DNA of 64,000 nt, from the NCBI GenBank assembly GCA_040954595.2, contig CM082579.2:8669625-8733624 (forward strand), given 5' to 3'. The first letter of the stretch is position 1; each line of letters opens with the position of its first letter. Positions 13,501 through 28,500 of the stretch are shown one piece after another. The stretch comes from Balanoglossus misakiensis (Eukaryota > Animalia > Hemichordata). Under the pieces are notes generated by a model. That model worked only from the letters and a program-made list of their open reading frames with translations, searched no databases and had not been told where the DNA came from. A program made the translations under genes and the position numbers.

Positions 13501-16500
13501 TCTGAGAACACGTACTTGATATGTGCTGTAATGTAAATGGCCTTGTACATAATATGATGAAGGTTAACACATCAGAGTTGTCCTTGAATAGTGCTGAGAT
13601 TTTACGGGGTAGACAACCCAGTTCGTTTAAATGGTATTTGAATTTTTACTGCCAGTGGCAGCCAGTGTGCTCTTGAAAACCTTGAAAATATTGACAACCC
13701 CTTGTCAAAGGGGAACCTGTCTTATAGCTATCTAATGGCTGCATATATTGAAAACTTTTATGTTTCCAATGGCCAATTAATTTTTCATCTCTGTGAGTTT
13801 CAATCAGAAGAAAAAGGTTTCTGAAATCCTTTGCAGTGGGTTTCCTGTTACTTGCCAGCAAGCAAATAATGAGATATTATTCTATAACTATGGGAAACCT
13901 AGGGAACCTTGGTTGAGGAAACCTGATTTGGAAAGCCTAAACTCTGACCTGGCAGCACTATGGTACGTATCTATGCATTGTGGATATCACTCTGCTGCCC
14001 AGTCAGATAAACATGTTCCCATAACCAGGTGCCTGAGAACACTCACTATAACCCACAGACCAACTCACTACGTACAGAAAATGGACATTGGGAGACATTT
14101 AATTTCCTAGCTGTGTTTGCTCATTTACTTTGAATGAAGGGAAAAAAAATCACAGATGTTGGCTCTTTTACATTTCCTTGCCTTTAGATATCACGTTTCA
14201 TTTAGAATCTGATGAGTTCAGTGCCCCTCAACAGAAAGGAAAACCAGTGTTGTGAGTGCGAGCATTTAAACAAGTGACATGTTCTTTTCATATTCAAGCA
14301 ACAATTTTCTTTTCAGTGTTTCACGTTTCAACCCTCTTTTGTCTACTTTTACCTTTTCACACACACATCAGCGTCATGTTCTGATTCAGCCCGAAATGCC
14401 GCGAGAACAAGGGGCAGTGCTGGCTTTAATTGCATACCTGCCTCATTACGTACGTTTGCAGCATGACAACAGTGATTGGATTAGAGCACTTATACTTATC
14501 CTATTTTATGATTTGAATCATGATCCATCTGAAAGTAATGGAGCCCTGTGAATGCTGCCGCACATTTCTCTGTACAAGACCAGAGGCAGAGCTTAGTCTA
14601 ACTGAAACTGTGTCAGTTGATGGCAGTTTCTTGATGATCTGCATTCTAAAGCACACTATGTCATAGCTGACACAAATTAATAATGATTACTGAAATATGC
14701 AGGAACATTGACCAAATGTTGATCGTCCATCACAGATATTGACAGTCTTGACAGAGCTGTTCAATCATCAATATGTACATGTACATTTAGTACTGGGGAA
14801 CACATTCTCATTCCTATCACATCTATTGCAGAGGTCATGCGACAGAGCACATGTACGTCTGCGTTTGGTCTGTGACTTGCATTCTTCACAAAATGAATGC
14901 AAGTCGCACTTCAAGAAATTGCTGCATTGGCTATTTTTAAGACAGCTCTGAGCACCTTTCATAATTACACTCAAGTCCCGGAAGAACATTGTACAGCCAG
15001 CCCCCAGCCAGAGAGGACACACATGTACAGTACATTAATAAGTGTTCTTTTCCGGTTTTACGAATGCTTGGCTAACAATGGGCTGGCCCGGTGTTGGCTA
15101 ACGGCTACTTTTGTCCGTAGCCTCGTGTAACCTGTGCTATTGTTGATGTATTTGTAGGCTTATTAGATGTGACAGTGAGGTAGTGAATTTGCTAACCCAG
15201 GTTTGCCTGACGGGACACAGTTGCTGGAAACGTCATTCTGAATTGCACTGTAGTTGTTCATCTCACACAGTGAACATGAAAGCGGGTAATGCTTGCTGTC
15301 GCATTACAAGTGATGTTTGACTCATGACGGCTAACCAGAAAGCTTGAACACAACAATAGTGTGGTTGTGTGCATGAGTGTCCCCCAAAACAAGATAGCAT
15401 GCCCACAAGATAGTATGTAGTACCACTGTCGTATCAGTTCATAAAGAAGTACAGGTAATCTCCCACTATGCCTATTGTCTTATAATAAGGTCATGAGGTC
15501 AAAGGGTAAAATGCCAGTGACTGATGTGATGTCACCCTATGCCCTAAGTTGGTGCGATGTTATGTAGAGGTCTTTGTACTCAGCTGTCTGAAGCCCATGG
15601 ATATATTTTATTAATTCATGATGGCGAGAATTGGACACCATGTACTTAAAATTAGTTCTGGTGATGTTTTTTTATTGCACAAACTTTTGACATTCTTTAA
15701 TAAAAGTTTAACTAAGTAATGTGCGTGTCGGGAGATGCAGCTGGTGCATGTCGATGCCAAACACCTGATATGCAGTGTGCACCTAGGCAAAAGAAGTATA
15801 TTTCAATCCATGGGGTCAAGATTTACACAATGTTATCTGTATTCTTGAACTTTGCGGTGTGGAATTCAGAAAAGGGCATTCATAATTTGTCTCTTGCTGT
15901 GCCATTTTTGTGGTACAGACATGTCATGGGATCGTGCACAAGTTAGCTGACTGCCTGAAGCAGATGGAAATTGCATTGTCTAGGCCAGGCATTAGGCTCA
16001 CAATCCACCGTTCCATGGTGACCTTACAGATGTGGTCTCTAGATGTACGTGCTACCAGTTGCTTTTGTTTATTTAAACTTTTGGGTACAAATACATCGCT
16101 GTGTGATGCCTAGTTTCAAAGGCATGTTATGTGGATTATTGCGGCAAATGGGGCGATGAAGTCAAACCGTACCAAATGTTTGACATTGAGTGATGACCTT
16201 GCCCGTTTCAGTCTCATGAAAACTGTGTCGCGTATATTTCTGATGCATCGAAGTCACGATGTATGATATTGTAGTACATTTTCACGTTACAACTTTGTCA
16301 GGCTTCAGACAACTTCATCAGGCTTCAAGTTCATGTGATTAGGTCCATTCTTCATAATCACATCACGGATGTTCTTTCCAGGAATTTCTGATACAGTATT
16401 GCCTAAGTTGTGTAATAATACAATTGTTTGACAGGATAATGACTTTCTGTTGTTCTCCCTACAAATTAGAGGGTATTGACTCCCTAATGCTCCCAAACAT

Positions 16501-19500
16501 TAGGTAATTCTTATGATTCTAGTTGTACAACTACAAACCACAGTTGATACCCAACACAAAAATACTGAGAAAGTTACCCAGATTTGGGGTAATACCAGAT
16601 GTAATGGCGCTTCAAAGTGATGCAAAGCTCATGATGCATTTGTAAAGTTGACCTTCATCTTCCCGTTGATGTGGATAACCCAGCAGTCTCTGACACCAAT
16701 CCATCAAAGTCACTGTGTTATGACCTTATTTATGTTGCAATCAAATTCACCAATATCGCAGGCAGGTCATGTAGTAATAGTATGTGACTTGTACAGAGTA
16801 GGCCAGCATGGTTGGTAATAACCTTGAAATTCTCATTTGGTTTTATGGCTGTTTTTATGGTCTTCGTCTCTCACTTCCCATGCATAATGATAACACTAAT
16901 TGTAACAGACACATCACGGATACACATATTGCAGCATGGCTTCGAAAGCTGAATAATGTGTTCGTTGGAATAAGTCTATTTCTCGTCCTTGTTTAATTTC
17001 GAGAATTACAAATGTACGTAGGGATTCTACATTCTTTTAACGTTTTAACTTTCAACGTTCCCCAACCATTGCAAAAACACTGATTATTGAATCTGATTCA
17101 GTTGCCCTCCTCCGTCTTCTTGACTATGAAGTTCTTCCAAAACCCTTTGGTTTGCTGTTTGGCTTGTTCATGCTGTAATTAATAGATGATAAAATTATTT
17201 AGAGTGACAGCATTTCTGTGTTGTGATTCTGTCCTGTCTGTACCCGCGTTATGGCCAACTGTTTTGTTACATGTACATGTCGTCATAGTATTGAAGTAAA
17301 GGTTTCGCTGAATTGGGCTGCGCTTATCAGTTAACAACTACCCTGAACAAGCAGTTTACAACCCATTGTGTTTTTTTTCTGAGAAAAACAAATGCCATGC
17401 ATGATGCCCAACTGTTTGATGGAGGGAAGCGGTCAGCCAGACAGTTGGCCACACATGGCTGCACTTGGCCATCGGAGTGTCTTCGCAGAAAAGTCAACAC
17501 ACTCACGTAATGAACAAAAAATATCCAATTCCGGTAATGCCCTGAAAATATCACTAACCAGTCGAGTGTGGCAGCTGAAGTCATCGGGGATTTAAACCCC
17601 TGTTTATTATTCTCACTCACTGCTCGGTCAGGCGTGCGTTATGTGAAATAGCCATATATGGAGAACCATTGTTGTGATTTTCACTCGTTGAGCAGAGTGG
17701 CTGTGCCTTGAACATTTCCCCACCCCCTGCAGCAGTATTAGCAATTTCCCATTTCATTCAGGGCGGCATTCATGATTTTTCTGGTTCAGCATTAGATTTA
17801 TGAATGATAAAATGCCATTGTATTAGGCCTGTCACATGTTTGGAGCGTGCAGGTGTTAGTGGGTCCGATCCTCGTTTGTGTCGAGTGTGTGCATGCACAG
17901 ACCGATCTGCATCTCAATGGGGGCAGGGCAGTGTTTGTAGACAGGCAACACCACCACCAATTCTTGTGTGAGAATCTGCATGTGCCGTATCCTTCAAGAA
18001 GGAATGTATGGATTGCGGAATACATTGATAACAACTGAATTTATGTCTTTTTTTTATCAGTAGAGCACCTTTGATTTGGAATATGCACGCCCTGTTGCAA
18101 TGATGGGCATATCTTAGTGTATGGCCCCTTCTAATATAGAACATGGTTTACATTCATGATCTAACCACATATCTGCTTTTGTCTACTCTTGCCCACAAAG
18201 CAAAATTAAAATCATGGATTTTGGAGAGCTGCGTGGGGATATTTTAGGTTCGATATTTATGTGCATATACATGTAATTTGTCTCGATGTGGGCTGAATAT
18301 TTACGAGGTGAGTCTAGACATCAGACTGTTCACTGCATTACACAGCCACTAAAAACACAGTTGAGACAGCTGTATTGGTGTGTCTATTTTCGAAATGCTA
18401 ATCTTGTGTAGCTAGCTGAACATTTCCAGTAGAGTGGCCACCACCCCTTCCCATCAGGATTATAGGTAGCTGTGTCCTAGATGTAGTAAAAATAAAAACA
18501 GGCAATATTTTTGGATGTTTGCTTGTTGCTGAGTTTCGAAGATAAAAATGTCATATGTCAGTCTCTTGCACACTCTCCTGTTAAAGCTCTGAGGTGGAGA
18601 GAAATCCCTAACCCTACTCGCTTGTTTCGTGAGCTTGAAAACCGTGACATTGATCCACAGATCACTCACATTCAGTTCTGCCTCGAGTCAATCGACATTA
18701 TTCCAGTATTCTTTTAATAAACATTTGCAAATTAATTAAAAGGAAAGCTGTGTTCATTATCTCTCCCAGTTAAAGTACAAGGCAGGAGATTTTGTAGAAC
18801 CTGCTCTTTGTCCTTCAGTCATCCAAGGTTAGGATGTGGTCTTTAATGGAAAATATGACCCATGAATAGGATTGATAATGGATAGCTTAGCTGGGGTTCA
18901 GTTTTGATTGAGGTGACATTGAACAGTGCATAATTTAATTGTATAAGATGTTTTATACACTGGCAAATGGCCTGTTCTCTCTTTACTGTAAGAGTGAGAC
19001 TGAGTAACTTGCCCTTGGTGCATAAACATGAATCCATGATATGTCATCAGCATATGCAGGTTCAACTGGGTGTGTAACTGTGTGTAAAAGGCCTGTGCTC
19101 TTCTTATTACTAAAATGGAGGTTTTTTGCACAACCAACGTATTTGAGGATGCCGCAATGCCTTCATTTGGTGTGAGTTTGGCACTCACGCAGACACATGT
19201 TCTAATTCCAGAAGGTTTCCAGTTTACCAAAACCCCTCCTGGTAGAGGCTGACATGTATAGGGACTTTTTGAAAAGATGTATGTTCCCCCCCTCCCTCCC
19301 CTCTTCCCATATCCATGCCCAAATAAGTAGCCAAATTGTCAGGTCCATGGTGGGAACATATGCATCAGTTCACACAATAAAATTATATTTTATTGGTTGG
19401 ATTTATTGCGTGTGTTGACGTGTTTCCCGGTAGGATCTTTATTGTGGGAACAAACTTTTAATGTATAGCAATTTTATGGCCATGAATTACTTAATGCTGA

Positions 19501-22500
19501 GGGAGACGTGAGGGAAAAAATTGAGCAGCACATAATGCTAAAACAATGCAGAAAATGTCACAAGGTCATATGGCTTACGCCAATTTACACCATCGCAAAT
19601 AAGTTGTTTAATTTGATGCCCCAGCCTGTCACAAAATGTAAAGGCATGTCAACCGAGGACATGCTAATGTGCTGCTTGTTTGATCCAGAGGAAATGTCAT
19701 TTTGTTGATAACATCTTGCAATTGTTTACTTGTAAGTGCTCTAACCAGATGAGTGATCAGCTTAATTGCTTCCTGGCTGATTGCCTGGTGTTTTTGTTTT
19801 GATCAGTGCACCAGTGAAAGTGAGAAAGAATTTCACACTTCAGTTGCTGGGTTCACGTTAGGCAGTTTACATGTCGACCCTGCACGTGGTGATTCAAAAT
19901 AACTAAGTTGTACATGCTAAACACAGTGTGCCAGAGCAGAACATGTGGTTTTGTACATACATGTACATGTCACATGTACATGGGTTAGACATTAGACATT
20001 TAATAGAGAGTCCGACGTATAGGCCCAGCCTCTGTTAAGAGCCAAGAATTTAGCGACCCCAACCAGACCCCAAATGTCCTATGTACTAGGACGGTAATGT
20101 GAACAAATATTAATAATATACACGCTGTTCAAACAAATAAACAAGTATTGGATCTAAATGTTGACTAGAAAATCAACCCGATGATGTATACATGTGTGGT
20201 AACAGTGATAAATGGAATTTGAAGTGGACATGCATTCAAGAAGGGCATAAACAGAGTCAAGGCCAACTGTGCGTTTGAATCTATGTATGACGTATTTCTT
20301 GCAAAAACATTTGATAAGTCGAAAGTTGTCAGTTCCTGTTGCACTATATGTGTATAGTTTACTTCTCTACATACGTTATATACCAGGCTTCGGTCACATT
20401 TGTTGATTACCTGAAATTGTCAGTTACTAGATGCATTACAAGGACAATAGCTGTAAGTTTAATTTTCCCTCCAGTATTTTCTGTTCTGTGTGTGTCACTG
20501 CATTTTCTTTTTATACTCCCTATGCTGTAGAATATCCACTATTCTTCTCGTCAACATCAGCTCAAATAAGGAGTGAAAGTCTGTTTTATATGTGTATGAC
20601 AGAATGGAGATTCGGGTTATTAGCTAACTAGGCTTGCAACCACCTGTGTAGTTGTGTCGTGATGTTGCTATGGAACCAACAGCCAATCAAAGTGAAACCA
20701 TTTAAATGGGGAATAACAAGACAGGATATTTATAGTATTTTTTGTATTTTTTTAGCTGACCTTCTCTGGTACGTCGTGTGTAGAGATAATAATAAAGCAC
20801 AACAGTTCTGTTATGATTCTTACATATTATGTGAATTGTTTTTCCCCGTAAAGTTACTCAGTGAGTGATGTGATATGTGGTATCTTGGTATTAAAGGTCC
20901 ATACACCTACTGTGGTATCTTAGTATTAAAGGTGCACACACCTACTGGGGTACGTATAAGCAGCAACAGATCAAGTATAGCATTGTCAGTGGACTCAGTG
21001 ATGTTGACCGGGTCAGATGACATGCAAGGTTGAGGATAAAAGATAATGTAAAACACTCACTGGACTTCAGTCTGTTTTTATGTTTCCTTTACTATAACTC
21101 TTGACTGAGCATGAGTGTTTTAATATCAATTTACAGAAATCAATAAACCAGTACATGTAGTTCAATATTTTTAAGTTTGTTGACTTTTAATCAATGGTCC
21201 CTGGAATAGCAATTTTGTAATGCAAACAGCAATTCCACAGGAGATTAGCATGGGTCACACATTTCATCGATCAAAGTATTTCAGCCTTTTTATCATTTTT
21301 GATTCGCTGTCTTTACAGTAAGTGAAGGTGTGAATTTGTAAAGCCGATTTTTTTTGGAGATCAGAGTCTTTAGTAATTGTGTTAGAATTAAAATGTAGAA
21401 ACAATAATTTACTGAAAGTGTTGAATTGAATCAGTTACATTTGTATGTCATTGCAAGTCTATAGGTTTATTATGCTTGGCTGGGGTGCAGTTAAACTCGT
21501 ACATTTTGTTGATTTCCCATCTCTTCTTCAGGAAATTAACCCATTCACCACCATGGTTCAGTCCAAACTCATTGTTTCTATGGTAAGGGTAACTGGTTGG
21601 ACCGCAAAAGAGAGAACTGGGGGTGAAAGAGTTAAGATGCAAACTTGAGACTGGAGTGGTTATTTGATTGTCTGTCTGTTTACAAGCACCTGTTCTTTCA
21701 TCAAGTGTTATGCACGTGATCTTTGCTGACTCAGGTTGAGAGGTCACACTGCATTTCTAGGCACTTGCTGGAAACTGACCAAGTATTTGTCGGAACAAGG
21801 GTGGTCACACCAGTTGATTGCTTTAAGTTTTGACCTTTCTCAGAAATCTTCTGTGCTACTATTAGTATCACGAAAGGCAGGTTATGCTATTTCTGGTACT
21901 CTCAACCGAGAAAGGGTCCATGAATGTTTGTACTAAAGGTTTTTTAAACTACTGACACGATTTTAGCATATTTTGTGCAGTGATTTTGTATCAAAACAGC
22001 TATATAAAGCTTCACAATTATCACTTTAATTGATAGTACAGCACATTTGAGCAAGAAGTTTGCAATATGTTTAGCAATAAACTGAATAGCACATTTATGT
22101 TTGTTTTATTTAAGTACATGTATCTATACCTTTAAAAACCATCAAAATCCACATCACAAGTTTTGTGTTTATCAGTCATAGTCACGGCATGTTGATATCG
22201 GGGCCATGTTTGTCCCGTTGCATCATGGGTATTTGGCCTTCCTCAAGGGTGCTGCCCGCCCACACATACATACATACATACACAGCTCTCAAAACATGCA
22301 AAGGATTGTATATATATACAATATATTTTGGGTGTCTTAATGCTCAAACCTGATGTTGTCCCAACTCATAAAAGCAGGGTTTTTAACAGGTTATGAGCAG
22401 CAAAACTTTGTTGTATAGTACAGTGAGCTTTTGAACACTAAACAAATACATTGAAGTGCTAGTGACTGCAGTCTCTTTGACTGGCGGTAGTGTGATTGAA

Positions 22501-25500
22501 CATTGCGCTCCCTTTGGTGAGGGGTCATGGATCATTGATTTCATGGAAAGTCGCAGTTTACAGTGGAAACAACATCAGTCAGTTACAACCATATCCTGTT
22601 GTTGCGCGCAGACATTGTTAAGATTGAATATTAAATGTCAGTGGCATACATTCATTAAACTCAGGTCATTCCCTCCTGGATAGTTCACAGAGTCCTGAAT
22701 TGTCAGCATGATTATTGAAAGGCCCGAAGAAAAAATATGAAATTTACTCCAGTATTATTAATTCCACTTCCCATGTCATCATAAAATGCTGGTTATTATT
22801 TTGACAGCGAATGCAGGGAAGCCAATGTGCTAAAACTGGAATAGCCTGGGAGAAAATTGAGGATATGAACCGGCTTACCCTATTTATAGATCCACTAGTC
22901 CTTGCAGCCAGAGGCCATGGATAATTTTAGTAAATCTCAGTATTTGTTCATTTAGAGTAGTGAATTGCATCACTGTGTGTGGCACGTATATTATTCCTGA
23001 GTCGGTTTGACAACACTTCATGAGAATTTTATGTACAGGTACTGCAAAAACATTTTTTTAATAATTCCATGTGATACCTGGCCTTGAAATCATTATTGTT
23101 ACCCTGTTCAAAACAGGTACTTTGATGATGCTTTGGTAATTTTTTTATAGAAAATTCTAGTTTCAATTTCCAGTTTGTAAATTTTTTTGAAGAACGCACT
23201 AACTTACATGTACATGTACATGGGTTGTTATAACTTAGTCGCTGAAAGTAAGCCTTATTTTCTGAAAATCTTTTTTTTTTTCTGTGGCAATTTCATTTCT
23301 TATTGGACTGATATTTTGCCTCATGTGCAGGTGAGGAAGACCTGTTTCAACGGAATAATTACATTTCTGTAAAAATGATTCCAAGTTATTGCAGTGTATA
23401 CAGCCTGCACATATCTTTATTACCAGACAGCCTTCAAAAATTACATATTAACGGAAGTATTTCACAAGGACCCAACTGTGAACAGAAGGTAGATTCTGTA
23501 AATTCTCAAAATGAGTTTCTTTACTTGGCCATCCAGCTTACATTCATTGTGCTCATCCTTTTGTTTCCTGCTGAAAGTGTGTAATTGTGAAGTGAGTCTC
23601 CGCATGCATTGAAGAGACATGAATGCTTTGGTACCTATCAATCAATGCTACCATCTGCTCAAATTACATGAAGTGTCAGATTTTGAAACGGGGATACCCT
23701 GATGTTATAACACTTTCAAGATGGCCGACTGCTACACATCATTATCAGATGATTGTGTGGTGGTCATTCACGTAAGGTGGATTAAACTCCCTTGATCACA
23801 GTCACAATGATCTGTGAAAAGCTTATTTCAGCCAATTGACACACTTGGTTAAATTGATGATACATAAATGGTATGCATTTTCGACCAACTGTGACCTGAA
23901 AAGCCTATATTGGCCAATTTACACACGCATGGTTCAATTAATATTACATAATGGTGAATAATTTCAACCAAATGTGACCGTGAGTTTTTGCTGTGTGTAT
24001 TACTAGTAACTTACACAGAGCAGTTATGGATATTATCTCTTTGGTTAGATCTGATGTGCTTGCATCAGAAGCATAATCCCAACTGTGCTTGCATGTGGTT
24101 TTAACCACACTGTTTTCGCTGAGATGGTTGGGTCTATATATAAGGAAATGTGGGTAAAACATAGTCCAAATATTGGGGCTAGTTTGATGTACCATAACAT
24201 AAATCATTGTGATACATGTACTTTCAAATTATGTTTAGTGTTGTGATCTCCGCTGTCTTATATTAGATGCATGCCACAAGTATACAGAATCTGTGTACTA
24301 CATAAACATCAATGCTCAAGGATATGACCAATATTATCCCTGGTGACATTTCATGGTAGCTTGTCATTTAATAATAGCTTGTCGTCAATTTCATAATATT
24401 TATATCATACATATTGCTTATTTACATATTATCCCATCCTCTTCCTTCTGAAAGTTTACGCACAATGTTTATTTTCATCACCCTTTCTTCATTACATATT
24501 TCTTTCCCAGTCACTAAGAATTTTGAATGTGTCCTCAACACTTTGGGTTTGTGTGAGGAAAAGACCACAGGCTAGAAATCACAGGAGGACAATGCGAAAT
24601 TGACATGATGGTGGATGCTGGTGTGTTTGTTTGCAAATTGTGTGACCTCGATTTCTTACAGAGGTCGTGTGTTACGTGACCAAACATAGAAATGTATTGT
24701 AATCCGATTAAATTGAGAGAAAGTGCTAATTTTGCAACGCCGAGTTCATTAGTTGACAGGACTAGAATGTTGCATAATGGTGGATGCAAGTTGACGTCAC
24801 CTGTGGAATGTGTTTTTATCCAGTGCTTCACTTGTGTCTGTCTCCGTGTCAGCTGTCCACATACACACGAAGATGATCAGTCATGTTACTGTATACCCAG
24901 ATATTCATCTGCGAGCCCCATAGATAAGTTGACGAATCGGAAATAAATGAAAAAAAATGAGCTGGGTAGACATATCTTGCATTCTACAATTACTAAACCT
25001 GTGTGGCATGCTTATGAGCATGAAGTTATGGACATAGAAGTGTACGTGTGAGAAAATCTCAATATCATTTTGGTGATGTACTGTATGCACATCCCGTTGC
25101 TTATTGATGGCAATTTTGATATTGAATTGAGAAGGTGTGACTGCAGTAATCAATAATAAATGCATCAGCCGTAAATCAAGAGGGAAAAAAATCTTTTGCT
25201 GTTGCGGGATTTGTCGTGCAACGTAAGTTGTAGTCAATGGAGAAGCCCAGTCTTATAGTACAGAACACTTATGATCTTAGGAATATTGTCAGTGTGAAAA
25301 TTGAATGACAACCACCTCACGATATTTTGGTTTGTGTTTCCTTGCGTCAACACTAAACACGCACACACACACAGACTGACAAACTGTTGTTCAGTTATAA
25401 CATTTGGTGAATGTTTTCCTGTGCGAGAGTGTTAAGCTTAACATTGACAGACGTGGACGTTGATGAACAGTTGCAAATAAATGATGCGCAATTTCCAAAG

Positions 25501-28500
25501 CTGCACACATATCTGTCAGAGAAGGGAATTGTTGATGGGAAGTGCAGCAGAATGTGAGAATTGGGTTACTAGGGTAATGAGGACATCGTGTGCACAACAT
25601 CGGGTGGTTAAAGGTAACACATTCTAGACGACTGTGCAAACCTCCTAGTGGGGACATAAATATACACGTCATGATATATCATAAGCTTGGTTTATTGCTG
25701 CGTACCAAAACCTGATCTGGTGCACATTCTAGGAAGAGCATTTAGAAGTTCGTGTAGTTTCATTTTCTATGTTGATTAAATTAGATTAGGCTTAATTTAC
25801 CCCAAAGTAGACAATTGGTTAAAGGAGATTAGACCTTGAATATGTGGAATGTGAGGTTTCCGATCGGGTGTTTTTGAATGATAGGAAATATGGAAGAGTG
25901 TGTACAGGGACGAAGCCATTGCCCATTGATAGCCAGATTTTTTTTGGCATTGAGTTTAGGTGTAGCCCCGCGAGAATGCTGAGAATGTCCGGTTATGGCT
26001 GCGCCACCTCCCATACAAATTCATGTTCAAATACAATGCAGAATGTGTGTACACATTGTGATGACTGTTGACGTGCAGCCCAAGTCACTATTTCTGCAGC
26101 AAAAAAATTATTGTTAGGTTCAGCAACAGAAAATTTAGTTTGGTTGTCATAATTAATTGTATCATGACGGTCAAAAACCTAACAAACAAAACTAGGCCAT
26201 GTTAACACCCAGTTACTCAAAACACTCCAGACCTGTAATATAATGATTCCGGGGGCATTTTGTCCAGGCTATATAACCTTTTCAGAAATAACCCTCACAC
26301 TATGTACATAGGAGAAAATGAGGTCATATTCATTGTATAGACCCCATGGGGTTTTTCAAGCTCTCTCATGCAAAGTACAAGAAGCGTTACATGTACTTGT
26401 GTCACAGGGCTTTGATCTTCCCAGAAAGAAATCATGGAAATTCTTATTTCTGAGATAATAGTAGCCCCAATCAGCAAAATAGAGATGTCAGTGTTTCCTT
26501 GTCTTGGTCTTGACTTGACTTACTGCATGCCGTTTAGCAAGGAAAGTAGTCATCGTCTATTGTGCAGTGGGGTCAGGCAATGTAGGGTCATCATTCATTC
26601 AAATGAGTGAATACATGATCTGAAATATCAAACTATATATCGAGTTCATCATAATTTACATTTAAATGACATGACCTGAGGACACGGTAAATCTTCCTGA
26701 TGTGCCCATTGTGTTCGCTTAAAGAGTATGCCCACTAGAAGTTGTCGCAGAGCGTGTGCTGTAGACATTGATGGAGCAAGACCTGGTAATTGTGCGCTGC
26801 AGATGTGGGTTGGCTGTGGTGTGGTGTGGTGTTGGTAAAAAAAGACGAGTGGGAGTCGGTGTTGTCATGGCTACCAAAAGATGCAGACAATCAGCGTAGG
26901 AGCCTGCCAGTGTCGCCCCTTTGCTCTGCTGCCTTTTAAATGTGTCACAAAAGAGCAACTGTGTTTAATACAGAAGTATTACTTTCTCCCCCATGATGAC
27001 TGGGGTCCACAGTACACCAATAAAGGCCGCCTAGACGTCTGCATGCATCTACTTTCTGTATTGATTTGACTCCGCGCCCCGAGTCAGACACGCATCTTGT
27101 TCTCTAATACAGCTGTCGGGCCTGTGAGGGGGCGGTCATGTCGCAGACGACTTAGATGCACATGTCAAGGCGTAATTTAATCCCAGTGCGCCAACCACTT
27201 CGTATGCCTCAGACAGTCTGTCTTGCTGTTATTTGATGTGTATGATATTTCTCGCCTTCATTTTGCCTGTGCAAATGTAATATGTGACCCGATTTTCAAG
27301 CCATGGGTATAATACCCATCTCCTTCCTCCCACTGGCAATTAGACACCCATCCTTTGTCAAAACATACATTTTAGTCCTATCAGATACATGTAGATGATG
27401 TACCGGATATTTGTATCTGTGTCAACACTATAGATGGGACAGTGCTGCAAGTGCAATGTAGACACCAGGTCACTCTTGATGTTTCATGTTTTGGTTGACG
27501 AAACAGCTTTTAGACAGCTACTTGTCAATGTAATCATATGCCAGCTTGAATGATTCACGACACTAGCATTTTGTGATAAAGTTGTTTTCAGCTTGAAATT
27601 ACTGTTTGTATATATCTCAGTGGTGGTGGTTGTATTTTCGAACTGTTTAGCCCACATGCAATGTGAGAAGACATGTGGGTGTGAGAGTTAACTGCAGCAA
27701 CTTCCGGTATATTGACCCTCGCTGTATATCATACTGACAGTCCCCAATACATGCTTGGAAGTTGGACACGTCAACAAACAGTAACTGTTGAACCAGTTAT
27801 CATTCAATTCATGTACATGTAGCTCAATAAGTTGTGTCCCCCGAGTGGAGCATTAGCCGGGTAGATGACTGAACTTCCACGTGAGGTCATGAGGTCATCA
27901 CAAAGCCTTTTACATTGAATCCACATGCCTCAGAACATTATCTCTGGACTACTACAAATGTAATATGGTGACAGCAAATGAGATTTTTTTCTATTAATTC
28001 AAATTTCTACATTTTCTGTAATTTGAGTGAAAGGCCACTGAAAATCACTATCAACTCTTCATTGTGTTTAATTCCAGAAAATAAGGTGGTCTTAAATTCC
28101 TTTGTCTTTATATGCGATACCAAAACAACATGAATTCAATCTGTTTACACTGTGGACCGATATCAAAGTAATGGATCAGGGTAACACATCCTCCGTTTGG
28201 GTCAAAGGTGAGCATTTCCCTAAAAGGGTGTTTACCTGCTGTGGAGTTCATTCGAGGACAACCTTTAAGCTCCAACAGGGAGAGATTTGCCAACATGTAT
28301 ATCGTTTGATATGAGAAAGGAAAGAGGTGTTTATGACGGCAGTAAATTGCAATGAACTGTGGTCTCTCTTTCCAGTGGGCCTGCTGTATGTCCAATAGCC
28401 TGGTCTCCATACCCAGTGTGTTTTAGATAGACTCACACCACATGGCCTGGACACGCAGTCAACTCTCTTGGATTTTGAAGATCTGCATGTCAATAGAACT

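Noticed and set aside
20876-20952. 35-bp direct repeats as a CRISPR array
   Set aside because: No spacers, only two copies, eukaryotic intron.
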